From an uncultured Spirochaetota bacterium (GTDB taxonomy: Bacteria > Spirochaetota > Spirochaetia > SZUA-6 > Fen-1364): a stretch of DNA of 64,000 nt. Shown here in pieces: positions 51,197 through 62,439 of the stretch. The DNA lies in contig CAWAHW010000003.1 in NCBI GenBank assembly GCA_963781885.1, positions 32,001 through 96,000 of the forward strand, read 5' to 3'. The position numbers and the translations under genes were made by a program. Position 1 is the stretch's first letter. Every line of letters begins with the position of its first letter. The notes under the pieces are model-generated. The model was not told the origin of the DNA and searched no databases. It saw nothing but the letters and a program-made list of their open reading frames with translations.

Positions 51197-51964
51197 ATGC
51201 GCGTGAATCCATTCCTTCAGGAGGGGGTCAGGACCTATTTCGCGCATCCCGGCATCCTGCGGACCTACTTCTACCTGCCGACCGTTCTTGCCGTCGTGCT
51301 TCTCGTGGTCTGGCCGCGCGGCAGTCTTGAGTCGGTGCTTCGCAGCGGCCCGCTCGCCGACGCCTTCTCCGTCGTTTCCATCGCCTTTCTCGGTCTCCTT
51401 CTCTACCTCGGCGGGCGCTATGGCGCGGAGGATTTCTCTCCTGACACCATGGTCCAGCTTCGCAACTACGTCACCCTGACTCCCGTGCCGCTCCTTTCCG
51501 CGATCCTGGGCAAGGCGGGCTTCTTCATCCTCCACACGCTCTTCCTCCTGCTCCTCGGTGCACCCTTCCTGCTCGCGCCTCTGGCGGTCGGCGGGCTCAC
51601 CGTGCCAAAGGCATTCGCCGCGTTCGCCATACTCGGGACGGCGAGCGTCGCGGCAAGGATGTTCGGCCTCCTCGTGCTGTCTCTGGTGGGCAGCAGGCCC
51701 CTGGTGAGAAATGTCATCCTCCTGCCGGGCATCCTGCTTCTGGTCATCCTGGTGCTCGTGTTTCTTCCGTTGCTCAGCCCGATCCACGCGCTTCTCAGCC
51801 TCGGCTCCACGCCGGCCGCCGGCGCCGCGGAGGCCGGCATGTCCGCCGTTGCCGCGAGCAGTCTCGTGGGCATCGGCGCTGCGCTTGTTGCCGCCGCGGG
51901 GGTCTTTCTCGTCCTGCGCGTTTCCCGCGGCAGCGCCCGCGGGCGGGGCTCGACCGATGGGTGA
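51197..51964 (+). CDS. ABC-2-type permease-like membrane protein
   Basis: NPFL N-terminus, LTPV....ILGK, SPI motifs, about 6 TM segments. Confidence 0.6.
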   Translation: MRVNPFLQEGVRTYFAHPGILRTYFYLPTVLAVVLLVVWPRGSLESVLRSGPLADAFSVVSIAFLGLLLYLGGRYGAEDFSPDTMVQLRNYVTLTPVPLLSAILGKAGFFILHTLFLLLLGAPFLLAPLAVGGLTVPKAFAAFAILGTASVAARMFGLLVLSLVGSRPLVRNVILLPGILLLVILVLVFLPLLSPIHALLSLGSTPAAGAAEAGMSAVAASSLVGIGAALVAAAGVFLVLRVSRGSARGRGSTDG

Positions 51965-53384
51965 TGCATTCAAGACGGGCGTGGCGGCCGTGCTCCGCCG
52001 GGCGCGGGCCGACGTCGTGCTCCGCCGCGGCTCGATCGGCCTTTTCTACGGCCTGCTTCCCGGACTTGCCGCCGCGGCGGTCGCGGGCAGCGTCAGGCTG
52101 CCTTTCCCGGTGGCCGGGGCGGCGGCGATCGGCGCTGTTGTCGGCCTGGCGGCCGGTATCGCGGCAGGGCTTTTCGCCGCCATCGACCCGCACGCGGTGC
52201 TCCTGCGCGGCGACCGACTGCTTGCCACGCACGAGCTTGCCAGCACTGCCCTTGAGCTTGCCGGACGCCCGTCGCGCGGCAGATTCGCAGAGACGGTCAT
52301 TGAAGACGCGGCGGCATTTCTCACGGCCACCGCGCCGCGCAGGATGCTCGGCCGCCGTCGCCTGCCCTTCGCGCCATTCATTCCCGTCATCATCGCGCTC
52401 ACCGCAACGGCGCTCCTCTTTCCCCTGGACCTGCGGCCGCTCTTTTCCCGGCCGGGCGGGCTGGACAAGGAGATGGCCGACATCGGGGAGGATCTGAAGG
52501 AACAGGGCCAGTCGCTCGCCGACGCGGCGCGTGAATCGAATCTTGGGCGCAGTCTCGCCCTTTCCCAGGAGCTCGCGCAGCTCGGGCGGGAGCTCGAGGC
52601 CCGCAAGCTTTCACTCGATGAGGCGCTGGACCGCATGTCCGATCTGGAAAACAGGCTCGGACAGGAGTATCAGCTCGCACTGCGGAACGGGGAGGCCACC
52701 GTGCCGCAGGCGGGCGCCGGAAAATCCGACGAATCCACCGGCCCGGAAGGCAGTGAGCCCGGCGCGCAAGGCGCCCCGGCCGATGGGTCCTCCCCGTCGG
52801 GAGAGGCGGGCAGCGCGGATCAGAACCAGAAAAGTCTCGGCGACGCGCTCGACAGGCTCCAGCAGGACAGGGGCCGGCTTTCGCGGCAGCAGGGCCCGGG
52901 TGACGGCCAGCCGGGGAGAGGCGCCCAGCGCCCCCCCGCGGGCGCCGGCACGACGGGCAAGGGCACGGGCGGGTCCGGGGATACCGGCAAGCTCCAGGGC
53001 CAGCAAGGCCAGGAGGGCGAATCCTCGGGGGACAGCCAATCGGACAGCTCCGGGCAAGGGCAGGACCAACCCGGCAAGAGCAACGGAAGCCAGCCGGGAA
53101 ACGCCCCGGCGCCCGAGAAGACCGGGCCGCCCACCGCGATTGCGCGGGGATCGAAGGGACCCAGCCTGCAGGCGCAGGGGACGACCGGTGAGGGGGACAT
53201 CGCCCGGCTGCTCGCGCGGTCGCTGCCGGACGCCGGCGGCGCCACGCTGCCGGATGCGACGGCGCTGGACCGGTATGCACGCCAGGCGGAAAGCGCCCTT
53301 GCGCACGACGAGGTGCCGCAGGACCTGCGGGAATACGTGAAGGGATATTTTACCAACATTGGCATGCCGAACACGGGCAAGTAG
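51957..53384 (+). CDS. membrane-anchored coiled-coil protein with G/Q/S-rich low-complexity tail
   Basis: TM helices, ELASTALEL, helical middle, G/Q/S-rich region, C-terminal VP..LREYVKGYF seen in MoxR-operon proteins. Confidence 0.65.
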   Translation: MGDAFKTGVAAVLRRARADVVLRRGSIGLFYGLLPGLAAAAVAGSVRLPFPVAGAAAIGAVVGLAAGIAAGLFAAIDPHAVLLRGDRLLATHELASTALELAGRPSRGRFAETVIEDAAAFLTATAPRRMLGRRRLPFAPFIPVIIALTATALLFPLDLRPLFSRPGGLDKEMADIGEDLKEQGQSLADAARESNLGRSLALSQELAQLGRELEARKLSLDEALDRMSDLENRLGQEYQLALRNGEATVPQAGAGKSDESTGPEGSEPGAQGAPADGSSPSGEAGSADQNQKSLGDALDRLQQDRGRLSRQQGPGDGQPGRGAQRPPAGAGTTGKGTGGSGDTGKLQGQQGQEGESSGDSQSDSSGQGQDQPGKSNGSQPGNAPAPEKTGPPTAIARGSKGPSLQAQGTTGEGDIARLLARSLPDAGGATLPDATALDRYARQAESALAHDEVPQDLREYVKGYFTNIGMPNTGK

Positions 53385-53398
53385 AGGCGGGGGAGCAC

Positions 53399-54412
53399 AT
53401 GGACGCACGAGAGCAGGCAGCATGGGTGATGGACAGGGTGCGCGCGCTGCGGGGCGAAATCGCCCGGGCCATCGTGGGGCAGGAGGGCATCGTGCAGGAT
53501 GTCCTGATCTGCCTCTTCTGCTCCGGTCACGCCCTCCTGGAAGGGGTGCCGGGGCTGGGAAAGACGACGCTCATCAAGAGCCTCGGCCAGGCGCTCGACC
53601 TGGTCACGTCGCGCATCCAGTTCACGCCGGACCTCATGCCCGCGGACATCATCGGGACGAACGTGCTCGTCCAGGAGGACATGCAGGCCGCCGGGGCGAG
53701 CGCCGATGCGCGCCGATTCGTGCGGTTCCAGAAGGGGCCCGTGTTCGCCAACATCGTGCTCGCGGACGAGATCAATCGCGCGACGCCGAAGACCCAGTCC
53801 GCGCTCCTGGAGGCGATGCAGGAGAACGCCGTGACCGTGGGCGGCACCACCTACCCGCTCGCGCCTCCTTTCATCGTGCTGGCGACGCAGAACCCCATCG
53901 AGATGGAGGGCACCTACCCGCTTCCCGAGGCGCAGCTGGACCGGTTTTTCTTCAAGCTCACCCTCGGCTATCCCACGGCGGAGGAGATCGCCCAGATCGT
54001 GGACCGCACGACGACGGGCACGGCGCAGCCGCTTGCGAAGATACTCGACGCGGAGGCGGTGTTGCGGATCCGCGGCCTCGTGCGGGAGGTGCCCATCGCC
54101 ACGCACGTGAAGGAATACGCAATCAGGCTCGCCATGGCCACCCGGCCGGGCACGCCGGCATCGACGGATCTTGCCACCCGGTACGTGCGCTACGGGGCAA
54201 GCCCGCGCGGTCCGCAGAGCCTCGTGCTCGCGGCAAAAGCGCGTGCCCTTTTCGAGGGCCGCATGCACGCCTCCTTCGAGGACGTCACGGCCGTCTCGCG
54301 CCAGGCGCTCCGCCACCGGGTGCTGCTCAACTTCGAGGGCGAGGCGGAAGGCATCTCCCCCGAACAGATCGTCGACGATATCCTCCAGCGCGTGGAGCCG
54401 GGCGCCGGCTGA
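53399..54412 (+). CDS. moxR: MoxR-family AAA+ ATPase
   Basis: LLEGVPGLGKT, RIQFTPDLMPADI, DEINRATPKTQSALLEAM, ATQNPIEMEGTYPLPEAQLDRF. Confidence 0.94.
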   Translation: MDAREQAAWVMDRVRALRGEIARAIVGQEGIVQDVLICLFCSGHALLEGVPGLGKTTLIKSLGQALDLVTSRIQFTPDLMPADIIGTNVLVQEDMQAAGASADARRFVRFQKGPVFANIVLADEINRATPKTQSALLEAMQENAVTVGGTTYPLAPPFIVLATQNPIEMEGTYPLPEAQLDRFFFKLTLGYPTAEEIAQIVDRTTTGTAQPLAKILDAEAVLRIRGLVREVPIATHVKEYAIRLAMATRPGTPASTDLATRYVRYGASPRGPQSLVLAAKARALFEGRMHASFEDVTAVSRQALRHRVLLNFEGEAEGISPEQIVDDILQRVEPGAG

Positions 54413-55304
54413 TGGACGAATCCCTCTTCGACCGGGATTTCCTGCGAAAGCTGGAGACGCTCTCCTTCGTCGCGCGCAGGATCTATCGCGGCGACACCCG
54501 GGGCAGCCACACCGCGGTGCGCCGCGGCACGAGTCTGGACTTCGAGGATTTCCGCACCTACCAGGCAGGGGATGACTTCCGCTCCATCGACTGGAGCATC
54601 TACGGACGCCTCGACCGTCTCTTCGTGCGCCTCTACGCGGAGGAGGAGGACCTCACCGTCCACGTGCTGCTGGACGCAAGCGCGTCCATGGCCTATGGCT
54701 CCCCGCCGAAGATCGACTACGCCCGGCGCCTTGCCGCGGCGCTCGGCTATGTCGGCATCGGGTCGCTGGACAGGGTGGGCGTGACGACATTCGCCGCCGG
54801 CAGAAGCGGCGCCCTGGCGCCGCGCCGCGGCAAGGCCCAGTTCTTCCACCTGCTGGAATACATGAGCAGGGTCGGCACCGCGGGCGGCACCGACATCGCC
54901 CGGTCGCTGCGCGACTACGCCCTGCGCTCCCGCACCCGGGTCTTGCCATCGTCATCTCCGATCTCCTGGACGAATCTCGCGAAGGCTACCGTACGGGGCT
55001 TCGCGCGCTTCTTTTCCACAACTTCGACGTGGTGCTCGTGCACGTGCTGGACCGGGAGGAGATCGATCCGCGGACCCAGGGCGCGCTGCGGCTGACGGAT
55101 ATGGAAAGCGGCAAGGCCCTTCCCCTCACCATCGACCGGCCGCTTCTTTCCGCATACAAAAGGCGCGTCGAGGGCTTCTTCGCCGAGACGGAGGACTTCT
55201 GCCTCAAGGCGGGCATCGAGTACCTGCGCGCCGCCACGCTCGTTCCCTTCGAGGACGTGGTCCTGCGCTACCTGCGGCAGGGGGCGCACCTGCACTCCCG
55301 ATGA
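54412..55304 (+). CDS. DUF58 domain protein; frameshift at 54935-54940
   Basis: GTSLDFEDFRTYQAGDDFRSIDW, LLDASASM, DRVG. One added C restores PGLAIVISDLL and joins ORF 55029-55304. Confidence 0.85.
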
Positions 55305-57208
55305 GCTTCGCGTCGCCCCTCTGGCTCCTCCTGCTCGGTCTCATCCCGCTCATCGTGATCCTGCACGCCCTTTCCGTGCGCTGGCGGAACACCCCCGTGT
55401 CGTCGCTTGTCTTCTGGGTGGAGGCCCTGCAGGAGCGCACGGCGCGTATGCGCCTGCGGCGCATCCTCGGGTCTCTCGTCCTCCTCTTGCAATTGCTCGC
55501 CGTGGCGGCGCTCGCGCTCGCCCTTGCGGGCCCCGGCCTCACGATCGGCAGCCTGTCGTCGACGGGGGACGCGATACTCGTGCTGGACGCCACCGCGAGC
55601 ATGCAGACGCGCGAGGGGTCGTCGACGCGCTTCGACGCGGCGCGGGCGCGCGGCCTGGCGCTGGTGGCCGGCCTGCACCGGGGCGCGCGCATGGCGGTGA
55701 TCCTTGCGGCGCGCGCCCCGCACCTCGTGCAGGCATTCACGGACGACCGTGCCGCGCTGCGGCGCGTCCTGCAGACGGCCGCCCCCACCGACGAGCCCGG
55801 CGACATGGCCGACAGCATGACATTCGCCCTGTCGCTGCGCAGCGCGCGCCGCGGCGACCAGGTTGTGCTGGTGACCGACGGCGCATTCGAGTCCCTGGGG
55901 GACATCGACGCATCCCAGCCCTGGATCCATGTTGTGCTGGTCGGCTCCCCGCACGACAACGCGGGAATCACCGGTCTTGCCTTCCGTCGCGCGGCGGCAG
56001 GCGCGGCGCCCTACGAGCTTTTCGTCGCCGTGCGCAACAGCGGCCGCCTGCCCCTCGCCGCGCCACTGCTCGTGAGCGTCGGCGGCGCCACAGTGGTCTC
56101 CCGGACGGTGAAGGTCGCGCCCGGCGAGCGGCGGGGCCTCAGCATCCCGTGGACGGGCCCCAGGACGGGACGCGTGGAGGCGCGCCTGCAGACCGGTGAC
56201 GACTTCCCGCTCGACGACCAGGCCTATGCCGTCTTTTCCCCGTCGCGGCAGCTTCGGGTCCGCGTCGTCGGCGCAGCTTCCTATTTCACGCAGAAGGCGC
56301 TCTCCGCGCTGCCGGGCATCAGTCTGCGTACGGAGGCTGCGCCGCCGTCCGGCCTCGTCCGCGCAAGCCCTTCCACGGGAGGCGCGGACGGGGCCGCGAC
56401 GGACGACGTGACGGTCTATGAGAACGTGCAGCCTCCGCCGCTGGGAACGGGAAATGGCCCGGGGGCCGACCCGAACCCCGCCGGCAGCTTCATGCTCTTT
56501 GCCGCTGTGCCGCCGGATCTGCCCGTGCAGGCTTCGGGATCCATCGCGCGCCCGCCGGTGACGGGCTGGAGTCGCAGCGATCCGCTTCTTTCCGCCGTCT
56601 CCCTGTCCGGGCTCACCATCAGCAGCGCGCTTGCGCTGGAGCCCGGGCCCGGTTTCAACGTCATTGCGGCGAGCGGGGAATCGCCGCTCATGCTCACCTG
56701 GGACCACGCCGGCCTGAAGGTGCTCCTCCTTGCATTCGATCCGCAGGGATCCGATCTTCCCCTGCGTGCGGGCTTCCCCGTGCTTCTGGCCAACACATTA
56801 TCCTGGTTCTTCCCCGGGTGGCTTGCCGTGCAGGCCGACCAGGTGCAGGCGGGCCTGCCGCGCACCCTTGCCACGCAGGGGGCGACCAGCCTCACCGTCG
56901 TGAAGCCCGACGGGTCGCGGCTGCCGATTGCGGCATCCGGCGCTTCGGTGGATTTCCTGGACACCGACCGCACGGGCTTCTACGGCGTGGAAGTCGGTGC
57001 GGCGTCGAGCGAGTTTGCCGTCAACCTCATGAGCGACACCGAGACGGACATCAACCCCCGCTACGTCCCCCCAAAGACCGCTGCCCCGGAGTCTCCTGCG
57101 GCGCCGGCCCGATCCCCGATCTGGGAGGCCCTTGCCGCGTTCGCCCTGGCGCTCGTCCTGGTGGAATGGTGGGCGTGGCTGCGGTCATCCGGGAGGGCCG
57201 GCGCGTGA
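55301..57208 (+). CDS. BatA N-terminal + VWA domain membrane protein
   Basis: MSFASPLWLLLL...LH, LDATASM MIDAS, VTDG, C-terminal LVEWW. Confidence 0.85.
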   Translation: MSFASPLWLLLLGLIPLIVILHALSVRWRNTPVSSLVFWVEALQERTARMRLRRILGSLVLLLQLLAVAALALALAGPGLTIGSLSSTGDAILVLDATASMQTREGSSTRFDAARARGLALVAGLHRGARMAVILAARAPHLVQAFTDDRAALRRVLQTAAPTDEPGDMADSMTFALSLRSARRGDQVVLVTDGAFESLGDIDASQPWIHVVLVGSPHDNAGITGLAFRRAAAGAAPYELFVAVRNSGRLPLAAPLLVSVGGATVVSRTVKVAPGERRGLSIPWTGPRTGRVEARLQTGDDFPLDDQAYAVFSPSRQLRVRVVGAASYFTQKALSALPGISLRTEAAPPSGLVRASPSTGGADGAATDDVTVYENVQPPPLGTGNGPGADPNPAGSFMLFAAVPPDLPVQASGSIARPPVTGWSRSDPLLSAVSLSGLTISSALALEPGPGFNVIAASGESPLMLTWDHAGLKVLLLAFDPQGSDLPLRAGFPVLLANTLSWFFPGWLAVQADQVQAGLPRTLATQGATSLTVVKPDGSRLPIAASGASVDFLDTDRTGFYGVEVGAASSEFAVNLMSDTETDINPRYVPPKTAAPESPAAPARSPIWEALAAFALALVLVEWWAWLRSSGRAGA

Positions 57209-60022
57209 AATTCCTTTCCCCTTTCTGGCTCATCGCGCTCGCCGCCATTCCCCCCCTCCTGTTTCTCACCTGGCGCATCGTGCGAAGGGCGGAAAGCCTT
57301 TCCCCGGCACGACGACGCGTATTTTCGATCCTTCGCGCCGCCTCCATCCTCTTTCTCGTGCTCGCCCTTGCCGGGTTCATCCTGGCGCGCACCTCCGACC
57401 GGCTGTCGGTCCTCTTCCTTCTCGACCAGTCCCGCAGCGTGAGCGACGAACAGCGCGCCCGGGCGCTGTCACTCATCGAGCAGATCCCGGGGAAGGCTGG
57501 GTCGCGGAGACGCCGCCTCGCTCGTGCGATTCGGGGGTGACGCGGAGCTGGAGGAGCTCGTTCCCGGCAGACCTGTCGCGGCGGAGGGCGGGGACGTGGG
57601 GGAGAATACGACGAACATCGCGAACGCCCTCCAGTTCGGCCTGGCCCAGGCCGCCGGGTCCGCGTCGCCACGGGTGGTGCTCCTCACGGACGGCAACGAG
57701 AACCGGGGGAGCGCGGAGCAGGCAGCGGGCGTCGTGCGCGCCCTGGGTGCCCGCATTTTCCCCGTGCCCCTGGGTTCCGCCGCAGGCCCGGACGAGGTGG
57801 AGGTCTCCGTGGAAGACGTCCGCGCTCCCGCGAGCGTCCGGCAGGACGAGCCGCAGGAGGTCGTCGTCATGATCCGGAGCCGCACGCGCGCGCGCGCCCG
57901 GGTGACGCTCCTGCGGGACGCGGACCCCGTGGCCACCCGCGACCAGATCCTTGCCCCCGGGGAGAACGCGATCTCCTTTACCGGTTCCTTCCCCGCGCGC
58001 GGCCTTCACGCATGGGATGCCCTGGTGAGCGCGCCGGGGGACGTGCTCCAGCAGAACAACCACGCGCGGCGCTTCGTCTCCGTGAGCGGTCCTCCCCAGG
58101 TGTTGTATGTGAGCAGATCGGGCCGGCAGTCCCCCTCACTGCTTGCCGCCCTCGCGGCCCAGGGAGTCACCGCCGTACGCGCCGACCCTGCCGGTCTCCC
58201 CGGCACGCTCGCGGGGTATCTCCCCTACGACGCCCTCATACTCGACAACGTCCCCGGCTTCGGCATCTCCACGGAGAAGATGGAAACCATCGCGCGCTAC
58301 GTGCGGGACGCCGGCGGAGGCCTCCTCATGGCGGGCGGGGACTCCAGCTTCGGCGCCGGGGGCTACTACAAGACGCCCATCGAGCGGATCCTGCCCGTGG
58401 ACATGGACGTGAAGTCGCGCCTGGAGGTGCCGCGGGTGTCGCTTGTCCTGCTCATCGACAAGTCGGGCAGCATGGGCGGCACGGTGAGCTCGGGTGAATC
58501 GAAGCTCGACGTCGTGAAATCCGCCGCCCTGTCGGCGATAGAGTCGTTGAATCCCTTCGACAAGGTGGGGCTCCTTGCATTCGACGCGGACTGGCAATGG
58601 GCGGTGCCCCTCACGGACGCGGGAGATACGGCCTCCATTGCCGCCGACCTTTCCACGCTCACACCCGGTGGCGGCACGGTCATGTACCCGGCGCTCCAGG
58701 AGGCGGACCGGGTCCTCGAGGCGTCCCCGGCGCCGTTGAAGCACGTGATCCTCCTCACCGACGGGCTCACCGACGCGGGAGATTTCCAGGCCCTCGTGAA
58801 GAGGATGGCCCGCGCGAAGATCACGGTCTCCACCGTCGCCATCGGTGAAGACGCCGACGCGGCGCTCCTCCGGGACATCGCGCGCTGGGGGGGCGGCAGG
58901 ACGTATGCCACGAGCGATCCCCGCGACGTGCCGCAGATATTCATGACCGAGACGAGACTCGCCGCGCAGGGGCTGCTCGTCGAGCAGAGCTTCCTGCCCC
59001 AGCCGTCCTCCGCGGGGGAGAGCACGCGGGGCATCAGCTTTTCCGGCATGCCGGCCCTGAAGGGTTTCGTCCTTACTTACATGAAGACCGGCGCCGAAAT
59101 GGAGCTCTCTGCGCTGTACGGCGCGCCGCTCCTTGCAACCTGGCGCTACGGCCTGGGCCGCACGGCGGCGTTCACCTCTGATTTCCGGGGTCGATGGAGC
59201 GGCGCGTGGCTGGGCTGGAGCCAGTTCCCCCGATTTGCGGCCCAGCTTGTGCGCTGGATCGAGAAGCCGCCCGACAGCGGCATCCTCCATCCCCGGATCA
59301 TCATCAGCGGGGGCAAGGCTTCCGTCACCGTCGACGCGTGGGACGCCACCGGCGCTTTCGTCAATGGGCTTTCCCTCGACGCCATCCTCCTGGGGCCGGA
59401 AAGCGACCGGGTGGAAACCACCGTTGCCCAGACCGGCCCGGGGCTCTACGAGGCGAGCGTGCCCGCGGACGCCGTGGGCGACTACGTCCTCACGCTCTCT
59501 GCGCATGCGGGGGCTGAGAGCGTCGCCCCCGTCACGCTCGGCGCGAATGTGCCCTACTCCGACGAGTACCGGATGCTCGGTGTGGACACGACCCTTCTGG
59601 ACCTGCTGGCCCGGCAGACCGGCGGCCGCGTGATCGCCGGGCCGGATGATCGCCCAGGGCTCGATGCGCTCCTGCGCCGCGAGCCGGGCGCCGCGCCCGT
59701 CGGGGACACCGCCTGGCAGTACATGCTTCTTGCCGCGCTCGTCCTCTTCTTCATCGACATCGTGGTCCGCCGCATCGCCATCCCCGAAGGATTCGGGGCG
59801 CGGGTGTCCGCGCGGCTTGCATCCCTGCGCGCGAGGCGCCGCTATTCGATCGACGAGCTTTCCGGCATGGTGGCGCGGGGCAGGGAGGAGGAGAAGGCGA
59901 GGCTGCGGGCCCGGATCTCCGGCGCAGCGGGCGGCGGAAAGGTCGATCCCGAGCTCGCGGCGTACCTCTACATCGCGCGCCTGCGCAGCAGAAAGGCCGC
60001 GGAGGAGAAGGAGAAGAAGTAA
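57205..60022 (+). CDS. double-VWA / glutamine amidotransferase-like (DUF1355) membrane protein; frameshift at 57486-57492
   Basis: LLDQSRS, LLTDGNEN, GGGLLMAGG..SFGAGGY, IDKSGSM, LLTDG, W.YGLGR, TGG. Confidence 0.83.
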
Positions 60023-60041
60023 AGGGAGGACGTCACGAGGC

Positions 60042-60716
60042 TCAGCCCGGCCCGTCCAGCAGCTTCCGCATCCGCCTCATGTTGTCCAGAAGCCCTGCCG
60101 CGCCGTCGAAAAGGGAAGAGCTTCCCGCGACCAGGATGTCGGCCCCGGCAGCCACCATGACCGGGACATTGTCCCAGCTCACGTTTCCATCCGCCTCGAC
60201 GTCCATCGCAAGCTCCCGGTCGGCGATGAGACGGGAAAGGGCCGCGATCTTCGCGATGGTCGTCGGCACGAGCTTCTGGCCCGCGAAGCCGGGATTCACC
60301 GTCATGATGCAGACCATGCTCACCGACGGCAGCATCTCGTCGATGGCGGCCAGAGGCATGGCAGGATCCACGGCAATGCCGCAACGCGCCCCAAAGGAGC
60401 GGATGAGGTCGAGCGTGCGGAAGGGGTGCCGCGAGGTCTCGGGATGGAAGCAAACCGTGGCACCCGGTATCGCGGCGAATGCCTCGATGTGCGCATCGGG
60501 GTCTTCCACCATGAGGTGAATGTCCAGCGGCAGGCGCGAGGACTTCGCGAGGGCCCTGCAGAAGCCGGGCCCGAGGGTGATGTTCGGCACGTAGTGGCCG
60601 TCCATGACGTCGACGTGGAGGAAGTTCGCACCCCCCTCTTCCAGGACGCGCACGTCGTCGGCCAGGTGGAGAAGATCCGCGCACATGATGGAGGGGGCTA
60701 TCCGGACGGGCTTCAT
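60042..60716 (-). CDS. rpe: ribulose-phosphate 3-epimerase
   Basis: IAPSIM, HVDVMDGHYVPN, DIHLM, MTVNPGFAGQ, DGNV, VAGSS; the family also includes allulose-6-P 3-epimerase. Confidence 0.85.
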   Translation of the reverse strand: MKPVRIAPSIMCADLLHLADDVRVLEEGGANFLHVDVMDGHYVPNITLGPGFCRALAKSSRLPLDIHLMVEDPDAHIEAFAAIPGATVCFHPETSRHPFRTLDLIRSFGARCGIAVDPAMPLAAIDEMLPSVSMVCIMTVNPGFAGQKLVPTTIAKIAALSRLIADRELAMDVEADGNVSWDNVPVMVAAGADILVAGSSSLFDGAAGLLDNMRRMRKLLDGPG

Positions 60717-60809
60717 GCTCGACTCCTCGCGTGGCACTGTAGGGCGGGGGAGGCGTCTTTCGCAAGCCGAGGAGACAGCGCGGCGTCATCCGGCGTGCGC
60801 GCGGCAGAC

Positions 60810-60838
60810 TTGATCCCGGAGGCCGAAGCGGGTACGTT
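60810..60838 (+). promoter_or_regulatory. sigma70-like promoter of araA (TTGATC-17-TACGTT)
   Basis: TTGATC 60810-60815, TACGTT 60833-60838, AAGGAGG RBS before ATG 60886. Confidence 0.45.
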
Positions 60839-60885
60839 GTGGCGGCGGAAAGCTTGCAGAGACGAAAATAGGCGAAGGAGGCCTT

Positions 60886-62391
60886 ATGATCGACTTCAAG
60901 AACCGGGAAGCGTGGCTCGTCACGGGCAGCCAGCATCTGTACGGCAAGGAAACATTGGACAAGGTTGCCGAACATGCGCGCGAGATCGCCCACGGCCTTT
61001 CCGCCTCTGCCGGCATCCCTGTCACGCTGGTCTTCAAGCCGGTCGTCACGACCCCGGACGCCATCCTGCAGGTGTGCCGCGAGGCGAATGCCGCGCCGTC
61101 CTGCATCGGCATCGTGGCGTGGATGCACACATTTTCTCCCGCGAAGATGTGGATCGCGGGGCTCTCCGCGCTCGCCAAACCCTTTGCCCACCTCCACACG
61201 CAATTCAATCGGGACATCCCCTGGGCGTCCATGGACATGGATTTCATGAATCTCAACCAGTCCGCGCACGGCGACCGCGAGTTCGGCTTCATCGGCACGC
61301 GCATGCGGCGGGAAAGGACCGTGATCGTCGGTCACTGGCAGGAGAAGGACGTGCAGGAGGAGCTGGCGGTCTGGATGCGCGCAGCCTGCGCGTGGCACGA
61401 CGCCCAGGGGCTGCGCGTCGCGCGCTTCGGCGACAACATGCGCGAGGTCGCGGTGACGGAAGGCGACAAGGTGGAGGCCCAGATCAAGTTCGGCTATTCC
61501 GTGAACGGATTCGGGGTGGGGGACCTCGCGGCGCGCATCAAGGACGTGAAGGACGCGGAGGCGGGCTCCCTCCTCTCCGAGTACGACGCACAGTACGACG
61601 TGGCAAAGGAGCTGCGGCCCGGCGGCGCGCGGCGCAAGGACCTGCAAGAGGCGGCGCGCATCGAGGTCGGCATGCGGCGCTTCCTCGACGAAGGGGGCTT
61701 CAAGGCGTTCACGACGAGCTTCGAGGACCTGCATGGGCTCGCGCAGCTCCCCGGTCTTGCCGTGCAGCGGCTCATGGCCGACGGCTACGGCTTCGGCGCG
61801 GAGGGGGACTGGAAGACGGCGGCGCTGGTCAGGTCGATGAAGGTCATTGCGGCGGGGCTTCCGGGCGGGACGTCATTCATGGAGGACTACACCTACCACC
61901 TGGATCCGGCGGGTCAGAAGGTGCTCGGCGCCCACATGCTGGAGGTCTGTCCCAGCATTGCGGCGGGCAAGGCGTCACTGGAGATGCATCCGCTCGGCAT
62001 CGGGGGGAAGGACGACCCTGCCCGGTTGGTGTTCACCGCGGCAAAGGGCCCGGCGCTCAATGCCTCCATCATCGACATGGGCACGCGCTTCCGCATGATC
62101 GTGAACGAGGTGGATGTCGTGCAGCCCGACGCACCGCTGCCGAAGCTTCCGGTCGCGCGCGCTCTCTGGATACCGCGGCCGAATCTGAAAGTGGGAGCGG
62201 CGGCGTGGATACTCGCCGGCGGCGCCCATCACGCCGGCTACAGCCAGGCAGTCACCGTCCGCCACCTCGAGTGTTTTGCCGAGATGGCGGGCATTGAGCT
62301 CCTCCTCATCGACAGCAAGACGGAGATCGCCCAATTCAAGAAGGAGCTGCGCTGGAACGCGGCGTACTGGGCGCTCGCCCAGGGGGTGTAG
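60886..62391 (+). CDS. araA: L-arabinose isomerase
   Basis: [53 protein letters not shown]. Confidence 0.96.
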   Translation: MIDFKNREAWLVTGSQHLYGKETLDKVAEHAREIAHGLSASAGIPVTLVFKPVVTTPDAILQVCREANAAPSCIGIVAWMHTFSPAKMWIAGLSALAKPFAHLHTQFNRDIPWASMDMDFMNLNQSAHGDREFGFIGTRMRRERTVIVGHWQEKDVQEELAVWMRAACAWHDAQGLRVARFGDNMREVAVTEGDKVEAQIKFGYSVNGFGVGDLAARIKDVKDAEAGSLLSEYDAQYDVAKELRPGGARRKDLQEAARIEVGMRRFLDEGGFKAFTTSFEDLHGLAQLPGLAVQRLMADGYGFGAEGDWKTAALVRSMKVIAAGLPGGTSFMEDYTYHLDPAGQKVLGAHMLEVCPSIAAGKASLEMHPLGIGGKDDPARLVFTAAKGPALNASIIDMGTRFRMIVNEVDVVQPDAPLPKLPVARALWIPRPNLKVGAAAWILAGGAHHAGYSQAVTVRHLECFAEMAGIELLLIDSKTEIAQFKKELRWNAAYWALAQGV

Positions 62392-62405
62392 CCCTTTTTT
62401 GATCG

Positions 62406-62431
62406 GTCCGGGGACTCGAGAGTCCCCGGAC
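62406..62431. terminator. hairpin between the convergent araA and AIM24 genes
   Basis: Perfect stem GTCCGGGGACT-CGAG-AGTCCCCGGAC. Confidence 0.55.
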
Positions 62432-62439
62432 TCCGATTC

